A stretch of DNA of 64,000 nt from Polyangiales bacterium (GTDB lineage Bacteria; Myxococcota_A; Polyangia; Polyangiales; Polyangiaceae). This document shows positions 57,110 through 64,000 of this stretch, piece by piece. The translations under genes and the position numbers were made by a program. Positions within the stretch are counted from its first letter, which is position 1. The number at the start of each line of letters is the position of its first letter. The notes under the pieces are model-generated. The model worked only from the letters and a program-made list of their open reading frames with translations. It had not been told where the DNA came from and did no database searches. The DNA lies in the NCBI GenBank assembly GCA_038231275.1, contig JBBRLQ010000004.1, positions 96,001 to 160,000 on the forward strand. The letters are read 5' to 3'.

Positions 57110-59020
57110 GTGAGCTACCTCGTCCTCGCCCGCAAATACCGGCCGCAGACCTTCGAAGATCTCGTCGGCCAAGGGCACGTCGCGACCACCCTGGCGAACG
57201 CCATCGCGCAAGGGCGCGTCGCGCATGCGTTCTTGTTCACGGGTGTCCGAGGGGTGGGCAAGACGACGAGCGCGCGCCTCCTCGCCAAGTGCCTCAACTG
57301 CCTGGGCGCCGACGGCACAGCGAAGGGGCCTACCGCTACGCCATGCAACGCGTGTGCAGCTTGCAAGGAAATCGCCGCTGGCAACGACGTGGACGTCCAG
57401 GAGATCGACGGCGCCAGCTACAACGGCGTCGACGAGGTGCGCCGCCTCCAGGAGGGCCTGGCGTTCCGCCCCGCGCGCGATCGCTACAAGATCTACATCG
57501 TGGACGAGGTCCACATGCTCTCGAACGCGGCGTGGAACGCGTTCCTGAAGACGCTCGAGGAGCCGCCGCCGCACGTCAAATTCATCTTCGCGACGACCGA
57601 GGTGCACAAGGTCCCGATCACCATCTTGTCGCGTTGCCAGCGGTACGACTTCAAGCTCATCGCGACACAAACGATCGCCGCGCGCCTCCGCGAAGTGCTC
57701 GGGAACGAGAGCGTGGTGGCGGAGGACGGTGCGGTGGCGGTGATCGCGCGAGAGGCCGCCGGATCGATGCGCGACGCGATGAGCTTGCTCGATCAGGTGA
57801 TCGCGTTCAGCGGCACCAAGCTCACGGCCGAGGACGTCGCGCGCGTCCTCGGCGTCGCCGATCGCGAGATCCTGCACGAGCTCGCGACCGCGATGGTCGG
57901 CGGGGACGGCGCAGCGGCGCTCAAGGTCATCGACCGCCTCGCCCAGCAAGGCTTCGATCTGGCCCACGTCGCGCGCGACGTCCTGCGTCACCTGCGCAAC
58001 CTCGTCGTCGCCAAGGTGTGCGGCGAGGGTGGGAAGGAGCTGCTCGACCTGGCGGACGAGGAGTCGGCCGACGTGCACGCCCTCGCGAAGCGGACTGACG
58101 TAGACGATCTCTTGCGTCTCTATCAGGGGTTTTCCAAGGGCTTCGACGAGATCGCGAAGAGCGGTCAGCCCCGGACGGCGCTCGAGATGGCGCTCGTGCG
58201 CCTCACCCGTCGTCCCCCGCTGCTCCCCCTCGACGAGCTCCTCTCGCGGCTCGGAGATCTGGAGAAGCGCCTTGCTTCGGGCGTGCCTCCGCCGGCGCCG
58301 CGCGGAGGAGGCGCGCCAGGAGGGGGGGGCGGAGGGGGTCGCGCCACGAGCACGTCGGCGAGCGTCACACCGAGCATGTCCGGCGCGTCGTCGAGCGGTC
58401 CATCGAGCACGTCGTCGTTCGGAGCGCCGGGCGTCACACCGATGTCTGGTGGCGGATCGATGCACGGATCGCTCGCGCTCGCGGGCGATTCGGCTCATTT
58501 CGTCGCGCCGGCCGCCGCGGATGCCCTGCCGCTTCGCCGTCCGTCGGCTCCTCCTCCGCCCCCTCCCCAGCCCGCTCCCGCGCGCGCTCAGCTGGAACCG
58601 AAGCTCCCGCCGGTGCCGCCGGATCTCGACGCATGGCGCGCGATCCTCGATCGCGTCCGCGCCGCACGCCCTGCCCTCGCGTCGGTGCTCGAGCACGCTG
58701 CGCCGGTGGAGGTTCGCCCCGAGCGCGTCCTCCTCGGCTACGCGCCCGGCGATTTCCTCGGCACCCAGGTCGCCGAGGAGGAGTCTGCCTTGCTCCTGCA
58801 ACGCGAAGTGCGCGCTCACTTCGGCGTCGCCACGAAGGTCGAGCTGGACCTGTCGATGCGCACTCCGGTCGTCGCCACGGTCGCGAGCCTCGATGACGCC
58901 AAGCGCAAAGAAGCCCTCGCCAAGGCGCGCGCAGAGGTCGAAAACCATCCCCTGGTTCGCCACGCGATCGCGATCCTGGGCGCCGAGCTCCGTGAAGTAC
59001 GCCTCCCCGGCGGGGACTGA
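57110..59020 (+). CDS. dnaX: DNA polymerase III subunit gamma/tau
   Basis: YLVLARKYRPQTF, GVRGVGKTT, Zn-binding Cys residues, DEVHMLS, TILSRCQ, GSMRDA. Confidence 0.97.
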   Translation: MSYLVLARKYRPQTFEDLVGQGHVATTLANAIAQGRVAHAFLFTGVRGVGKTTSARLLAKCLNCLGADGTAKGPTATPCNACAACKEIAAGNDVDVQEIDGASYNGVDEVRRLQEGLAFRPARDRYKIYIVDEVHMLSNAAWNAFLKTLEEPPPHVKFIFATTEVHKVPITILSRCQRYDFKLIATQTIAARLREVLGNESVVAEDGAVAVIAREAAGSMRDAMSLLDQVIAFSGTKLTAEDVARVLGVADREILHELATAMVGGDGAAALKVIDRLAQQGFDLAHVARDVLRHLRNLVVAKVCGEGGKELLDLADEESADVHALAKRTDVDDLLRLYQGFSKGFDEIAKSGQPRTALEMALVRLTRRPPLLPLDELLSRLGDLEKRLASGVPPPAPRGGGAPGGGGGGGRATSTSASVTPSMSGASSSGPSSTSSFGAPGVTPMSGGGSMHGSLALAGDSAHFVAPAAADALPLRRPSAPPPPPPQPAPARAQLEPKLPPVPPDLDAWRAILDRVRAARPALASVLEHAAPVEVRPERVLLGYAPGDFLGTQVAEEESALLLQREVRAHFGVATKVELDLSMRTPVVATVASLDDAKRKEALAKARAEVENHPLVRHAIAILGAELREVRLPGGD

Positions 59021-59041
59021 TTTCGAGTAAGAGGTTACGCC

Positions 59042-59365
59042 ATGCAATTTCGCGGTGGGATGAACGAGCTGATGCGCCAGGCCGCGCGCATGCAGCGCAA
59101 GATCGAGCAAGCGAAGAGCGAGCTCAAGGACAAGGAGCTCACCGCCTCGGCGGTCGGCGACAAAGTGAAGGCCACGGTCACCTACGGCCGCAAGGTCTCG
59201 CGCATCGAGGTCGATCCGGAGTTCTTGAAGAGCGAGGGCATCGAGCTCGTGCTCGACGGCATCGCCGCCGCGGTCAACGCCGCGATGGATCAGGCCGACA
59301 AGGCGATGGAGAGCGAGCTCGAGAAGGTCACCGGCGGCGTGAAGATCCCGGGCCTCACGACGTAG
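59042..59365 (+). CDS. ybaB: YbaB/EbfC nucleoid-associated protein
   Basis: MNELMRQAARMQ...AAVNAA...KVTGG; lies between dnaX and recR. Confidence 0.92.
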   Translation: MQFRGGMNELMRQAARMQRKIEQAKSELKDKELTASAVGDKVKATVTYGRKVSRIEVDPEFLKSEGIELVLDGIAAAVNAAMDQADKAMESELEKVTGGVKIPGLTT

Positions 59366-59375
59366 CGCCGGGCTC

Positions 59376-59987
59376 GTGCTCTCTCCTAAGCTCCGGCGCA
59401 TCACGCAGCTCTTGGCGCGCCTGCCGGGCGTCGGCGAGAAGACTGCCCAGCGCTACCTCATGTTCCTTTTGACGGCCGAGCCTGCGCTGGCGAGGGATCT
59501 CGCCGGCGAGCTGGCGGAGCTTCACGATCGCGTGCGGCCGTGCGTGCGCTGCGGCAACCTCGCGGACGTCGACGGCCCCGAACAGGAGGCGGTCTGCGCA
59601 ATCTGCCTGGACGGCAAGCGCGACCCTCACGTCCTCTGTGTCGTGGCGCGCGTGCACGACGTCGTCGCGATCGAGCGGGCCGGCAGCATGCGCGGGCGCT
59701 ATTTCGTGCTGGGTAAGCTGCTCTCGCCCCTCGAGGGGGTGGGTCCCGAGGAGCTGCCGATCCCGCGCCTCGCGAAGCGCGTCCGCGACGACGGCGTCAC
59801 CGAGGTGATCGTCGCGACGCCGCCGAGCGTCGACGGCGAGGCGACCGCGCTCCTCCTGAAGCGCGAGCTCGCGGCGCTCGGGGTCGCGATGACACGCATC
59901 GCCAGCGGCGTCCCGCACGGCGGCGATCTCGAGTTCGCCGACCCGATCACGATGGGCCGCGCCCTCGCCGGCCGCCAAAAGCTGTAG
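59376..59987 (+). CDS. recR: Recombination mediator RecR
   Basis: LPGVGEKTAQR, C4 zinc finger, TOPRIM EVIVAT...GEATA, TRIASGVP. Confidence 0.96.
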   Translation: MLSPKLRRITQLLARLPGVGEKTAQRYLMFLLTAEPALARDLAGELAELHDRVRPCVRCGNLADVDGPEQEAVCAICLDGKRDPHVLCVVARVHDVVAIERAGSMRGRYFVLGKLLSPLEGVGPEELPIPRLAKRVRDDGVTEVIVATPPSVDGEATALLLKRELAALGVAMTRIASGVPHGGDLEFADPITMGRALAGRQKL

Positions 59988-59999
59988 TAGGAACACCCC

Positions 60000-60380
60000 G
60001 TGACCCCCATCGCCACCAAGAGCGCACCCGCCGCCATCGGACCGTACTCGCAGGCCGTCTCGCACGGCGGCTTCGTCTTCTTGAGTGGGCAAATCCCGCT
60101 CGATCCCGCCACCGGCGAGCTCGTGAAGGGCACGATCGTGGAGGAGACGACGCGCGTGCTCGACAACCTCGCCGCGGTCCTGGAGGCCGCGGGTTGCACG
60201 TTCGCGAGCGTCGCGCGGACGACGATTTACCTGACGAGCCTGGCCGACTTTCAGGCCGTGAACGAGACGTACGGCAAGCGTTTCAGCGGGACGTTCCCGG
60301 CGCGCGCCACCGTGCAGGTCGCGGCACTTCCGCGTGGCGCGCGCGTCGAGATCGACGCGATCGCGATCACTGCTTCTTGA
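60000..60380 (+). CDS. ridA: RidA family enamine/imine deaminase
   Basis: APAAIGPYSQAV, SGQIPLDP, FPARATVQVAALP, VEIDAIA. Confidence 0.93.
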   Translation: MTPIATKSAPAAIGPYSQAVSHGGFVFLSGQIPLDPATGELVKGTIVEETTRVLDNLAAVLEAAGCTFASVARTTIYLTSLADFQAVNETYGKRFSGTFPARATVQVAALPRGARVEIDAIAITAS

Positions 60381-61155
60381 GCGTGACGTCGCCGAGCTCG
60401 GTCGAGACCGTGATCGACTTGGCGCCGCCGGCCTTGCGGTTCGCGCTGGTCGCCTGAAGCACGTCGGGGAAATCCGTCGTGATGACCTTCCCGGAGCCGC
60501 CGGGCGTCATCGTGACGGTGTCCGCGGTGAAGCTCGACGGCACCGAGAGGGTCGCGTCGCCATTGCCGCTCGAGACGGCGACGGAGGCGCCGACACCCGG
60601 CGTGACGCTGGCGGTGGCGTTGCCGTTGTCGGTATGGATGATGGCGGCGCCGTTGAGGCCCGTGGCCGAGATCTCTCCGTTGTGCGACGTGGCCTTGAGG
60701 TTCAACCCGGCGGTGGCCGTGCCCGAGGGCACCGTCACGGTGAAGCCCTCACACGTGCTCGTGCCGGAGGCGGCGGTGCCATGCGCGCTCTTCGCGGTGC
60801 TGCAGTGGACGTAGAACTTGCCGGTCGACTCGTCGATCGCGATGGTGCTGGTGACGTCCGCGATCGCGGCGTCGCCGTCGGCCTGCGTGTCCGCAAAGGC
60901 GGCGACCTTGGTGGAGATGGAGACCGTCGTCGCCGACGCGCTGCCGGTGACGATCACGTCGCCGTTGGCGTTCTCGATCTCGATCACGTCGCCGGCCGCG
61001 AACGCGCGCGTGGCGGTCTTGGTCACCGCGTTGGCGCCGATGAATTTGGTCTGCGGCTTGATGGTGACCGACGCGTTGCAGCCCGCGATGAGCGCGAGGC
61101 CGGTGACGGTGGCGGTGAGAAAGAGCGAACGGGAAGCGAAAGGCGAGCTGCGCAT
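60367..61155 (-). CDS. DUF4097/putative adhesin beta-repeat lipoprotein
   Basis: Lipobox IAGC; repeats ENANGDVIV, TSHNGEISA, TDNGNATA, SSGNGDATL, TELGDVTL. Confidence 0.8.
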   Translation of the reverse strand: MRSSPFASRSLFLTATVTGLALIAGCNASVTIKPQTKFIGANAVTKTATRAFAAGDVIEIENANGDVIVTGSASATTVSISTKVAAFADTQADGDAAIADVTSTIAIDESTGKFYVHCSTAKSAHGTAASGTSTCEGFTVTVPSGTATAGLNLKATSHNGEISATGLNGAAIIHTDNGNATASVTPGVGASVAVSSGNGDATLSVPSSFTADTVTMTPGGSGKVITTDFPDVLQATSANRKAGGAKSITVSTELGDVTLKKQ

Positions 61156-61272
61156 GGCGGTGGCGTTCTCCTCGGGCGGGTTGGACGCCCGTTGCGCATG
61201 TTCGATTCAAAACGGGGGCGCGGGCAATCTCCACACGGTCAGCGCGTCCGAGCACCGAGCGGCACCCGATAG

Positions 61273-61308
61273 AACGAACGTTCGTTTAAATAACAACGAA
61301 CGTTCGTT
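61273..61308. promoter_or_regulatory. Twin 14-bp perfect palindromes (putative operator pair)
   Basis: AACGAACGTTCGTT at 61273-61286 and 61295-61308 in an AT-rich intergenic region. Confidence 0.7.
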
Positions 61309-61335
61309 TGCTTTCTTATGTGAGCAAAGTTGGCG

Positions 61336-62187
61336 TTATTTTTGAGATAACGCGAGCGCGCGATACGCGGTGTGGACCTGCGCCGTGACCGCACCCGGGC
61401 GACCCCCGCCAATCGGGCGACCGTCCACCGCGACGACACCGACTACCTCTCGGATGCTCGACGTGACGAACACCTCGTCGGCCGCGTAGAGATCCTCCGG
61501 GAGCAGCACCGCGGTCTCCACCGTCACCGCATCCATCACGAGCGCCCGCGTAATTCCGAGCAGCAGCCCGACCTCTTCGCCCGGCGTGCGGATGACGCCA
61601 TCCTTCACCGCGAACACGTTCGACGTCGTGCCCTCGACGACCCGACGCGCGGCGTCGAGCAAGATCGCCTCGTGTGCCCCCTGGGCCTTCGCGTCCGCGA
61701 GCGCGAGGATCGACGCCAAATAGCTCGTCACCTTGGCGCCCGCCGCTCCTGTCCCGTCGGCGGCGCGCAGGGTCGTCGACGTCACCGCGCGGATGCCAAC
61801 GTCGTACGCCGGCGGCGGAGGGAGCGGCTCGACGAGGATGACGAGCGTGGGCGTCGTCGCGAGATCCATGTCGAGGCCGAGCGGCGCGGTTCCTCGCGTC
61901 AACATCACGCGCGCGAAGCCGTCGTCGGACGGGGTCTCGCGCGCGGCGGCGAAGGCGGCCATGATGCGTTCGCGCGCTCCGTCTTCACCGCCAGGGACGG
62001 CCATGCGCAGGCGCGCCGCGCTCCGGGCGAGGCGCGCGACGTGGGCGTCGAGCGCGCACGGCACACCGCCGTAGGTCCGCAGCGTCTCGAAGACGGCGTC
62101 GCCGTAGAGAAACCCGCGATCGTAGACCGATACGGACGCGGCCTCCGGAGCAGCGATGCGGCCGTCGAGGCTCACGAGGCGGCGCAT
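61336..62187 (-). CDS. Class IV PLP aminotransferase (IlvE/PabC/Dat family)
   Basis: DRGFLYGDAVFET, HVARL, GAKVTSY, EGTTSNVF, LLGITR, VTSSIRE. Confidence 0.92.
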   Translation of the reverse strand: MRRLVSLDGRIAAPEAASVSVYDRGFLYGDAVFETLRTYGGVPCALDAHVARLARSAARLRMAVPGGEDGARERIMAAFAAARETPSDDGFARVMLTRGTAPLGLDMDLATTPTLVILVEPLPPPPAYDVGIRAVTSTTLRAADGTGAAGAKVTSYLASILALADAKAQGAHEAILLDAARRVVEGTTSNVFAVKDGVIRTPGEEVGLLLGITRALVMDAVTVETAVLLPEDLYAADEVFVTSSIREVVGVVAVDGRPIGGGRPGAVTAQVHTAYRALALSQK

Positions 62188-62813
62188 GTCACCTCCGTCC
62201 CCGCGCGCGCCGGTTCCGCCGCAGCGCGGTTGACCGCTGCGATCGCGGCCTCCAAGCGGTCGCGCGCGTCGGGGGTCGCCGGCTCGAGCGGCGCGCCGAG
62301 AACGACGGTGACGCGCGTGAACGGCCACGCGATCGCGAACCTATCCCATGCGCCACGCAGCACCAGGCCGCGGGTCATCGCGCTCCCCATAGGGACGAGC
62401 ACCGCGCCCGTCGCGCGCGCGGCGAGGATCGCTCCAGCCTTCACGACGCCGTACGGTCCACGCGGCCCGTCCACCGCAAACGCGGCGTCGGCGCGCCCTC
62501 GCTTCATCGCGCGAACGAGCGCCGCGAGACCACGCGCGCCGCCGCGCGAGCTCGATCCCCGCACGATCGACAGACCCTGCAGCCGCAGCGCCCGCGATTG
62601 AAGCTCGCCGTCGGCGGAGAGGCTCACGAGCACCACGGTTGGCCCGCGCCTTCGCCACGCGAGCAGCGGCCACTGCGTGCCGTGCAGGAACGAGAGCACC
62701 CACGGCCGGTCCGACGCCGCCGCGAGCGCCGGATCGATCACGACCCGAACCCGCAGCGTCGCCAGCCAGATCCGCGCGACGACACCGAGGAGCACCCCGA
62801 GCAGCGCCCTCAT
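62172..62813 (-). CDS. DUF374 acyltransferase-like protein
   Basis: VSLSADGE, VRGSSSRGG, AVDGPRGP, WDRFAIAWPF. Confidence 0.85.
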   Translation of the reverse strand: MRALLGVLLGVVARIWLATLRVRVVIDPALAAASDRPWVLSFLHGTQWPLLAWRRRGPTVVLVSLSADGELQSRALRLQGLSIVRGSSSRGGARGLAALVRAMKRGRADAAFAVDGPRGPYGVVKAGAILAARATGAVLVPMGSAMTRGLVLRGAWDRFAIAWPFTRVTVVLGAPLEPATPDARDRLEAAIAAVNRAAAEPARAGTEVTCAAS

Positions 62814-62820
62814 CGCCGCG

Positions 62821-63999
62821 TCAGCCCTTGAGCTCCGTGAGCATCACCTTCGCCCGGTCGAGGCTTGGCTCGTTCTCAATCGCGCGCTTCAGCATCTCGA
62901 CCGCGCGGACCTTGTCACCCTGCTTCGCGCTGATCTCGCCGAGGTAATAGAATACCTCGCCCTTGGAGATGCCCGCCTTCGCGTCGAGGCGCTGCCCCTG
63001 GAGGAGGAGCGCCTTGAACGTCTTCTGCGCGCGCTCCAGATCGTTGGACTCGAGCGCGAGGACCCCGAGATCACGAAGGACCGCGATGCTCCCGGGATCG
63101 ATCTTGAACGCCATGTCGAACTGCGTGAGCGCCACGTCCTTGTCGCCGAGCTGCGCGAGGGCCTTTCCCAAACGGTGGTGATAAAGGCTCAGCTCCTTGA
63201 CGCGGCGGTTGCCGTACGACGCGATCACCTTCTCCAGCACCTGCGCGGCGTCGCGCTCGCGCTTGGCGGCCGTGTACGCGTCGACCAGCTGGATGAGCAG
63301 CTCGCGATCTTGGGGGATGAGCGAGGAGGCGCGCTCGAGGAGCGGCACCGCGTCGCCCGGCTCCTTGCGCTCGCTGACGTGGATCTCGGCGGCGCGGCGG
63401 AGGAGTCGCACCACGTCGGCGGTGGCAGCGGCGGGAGGCGCCACCGAGCCTGGCGCCGAAGGACGCTCGGACACAGGCGTCGGCGCCGGCGGCGCGACCT
63501 CGGGGTGATCCGAAGCCACGAGGTTGGCGTCGCCCACGAGCATGTCCGCGAGCTCGCCCCACTTCTTGCCCTTCTCGTAGAGCTCGCGCAGGCGCGCGCG
63601 AACCTCTTGGTTCTTCGCGTCGAGCTCCAGCGCCTTTCGCAACGCGTCCTCGACGCCCGGACCGTCCTCCAGCTTGCCCCGCGCGGCGGCGAGCCTCAGG
63701 GCCAGGGCCACGCCATCGGCGCCGCTCGTCTGCGCGAGCAAATCCAAGAGCGCTTTGGACGCACGCTCCCACGCGCCCCGACCCTCGGCGAGACGCGCGA
63801 CGGCCTCGAGCGCGCCGCGATGCCCAGGATCGCGCGTGAGGACCGCCTCATACGTCTCGAGCGCACGCGTCGTATCCTTGAGGCGCCCCTCGTAGACCTC
63901 GCCGAGCCGGACGGTAAGCGTCAATTCGGCCGCCGCGTCCGCGCGTCCCTTGGCGTGCTTGATCTGAGCGTCGAGGAGCTCGGCGAGATCCTCGTCCTT
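62821..63999 (-). CDS. Large TPR protein, C-terminal part (5' end beyond the window)
   Basis: Frame open to the window edge; repeated TPRs (YHHRLGKAL, VFYYLGEIS). Confidence 0.85.
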   Translation of the reverse strand, partial: KDEDLAELLDAQIKHAKGRADAAAELTLTVRLGEVYEGRLKDTTRALETYEAVLTRDPGHRGALEAVARLAEGRGAWERASKALLDLLAQTSGADGVALALRLAAARGKLEDGPGVEDALRKALELDAKNQEVRARLRELYEKGKKWGELADMLVGDANLVASDHPEVAPPAPTPVSERPSAPGSVAPPAAATADVVRLLRRAAEIHVSERKEPGDAVPLLERASSLIPQDRELLIQLVDAYTAAKRERDAAQVLEKVIASYGNRRVKELSLYHHRLGKALAQLGDKDVALTQFDMAFKIDPGSIAVLRDLGVLALESNDLERAQKTFKALLLQGQRLDAKAGISKGEVFYYLGEISAKQGDKVRAVEMLKRAIENEPSLDRAKVMLTELKG

Positions 64000-64000
64000 G

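Noticed and set aside
58319-58340. G8 run in dnaX as a gamma/tau frameshift or slippage site
   Set aside because: Neither shifted frame stops soon (-1 is open to 58896, +1 to 59030), so no gamma-like product would form; the run encodes a Gly linker
57035-59404. N-terminal ~790 aa of the 1022-aa minus-strand ORF
   Set aside because: It is a shadow of dnaX/ybaB; only the last ~232 aa (Sel1 lipoprotein) look real
60367-60380. 14-bp convergent overlap between ridA and the lipoprotein gene
   Set aside because: Short tail-to-tail overlaps are common in dense GC-rich genomes
61273-61308. Mini-CRISPR array
   Set aside because: Only two 14-bp units with an 8-bp spacer, and no cas genes

Overview
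A very GC-rich, gene-dense chromosomal segment with about 60 CDSs. Cys-rich lipoproteins, several Hanks-type kinases, PPC/TPR/PEGA-like proteins and a paralogous Hsp70 point to a Myxococcota genome, probably Polyangia-like (inference). Housekeeping loci are rpsP-khpA-rimM-trmD plus a SPOUT methyltransferase, mutY, 2-oxoacid dehydrogenase E1a/E1b/E2, wecB with a deacetylase and a GT4, nadB, etfBA and dnaX-ybaB-recR-ridA. I saw no rRNA, tRNA, CRISPR array or transposase/integrase. The best candidate for an undescribed system is the co-oriented run at 10447-21130. It starts with an ECF sigma/anti-sigma/lipoprotein/acyltransferase block joined by four ATGA overlaps. Next comes a dedicated Hsp70 module: a wHTH-J-TPR co-chaperone, a variant DnaK, and a partner that carries a second copy of the same wHTH domain. 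A TPR protein ending in a TFIIB/TFB-like domain and a TolC close the run. Other notable items are an E1-alpha lacking its catalytic His loop, a probable pseudokinase, a sensor-less kinase-STAND next to a pilin, two divergent genes sharing one CATG, twin 14-bp palindromes 22 bp apart, and a twin-hairpin leader ahead of a degenerate stand-alone cyclase. All family calls come from motif recognition by eye; no searches were run.
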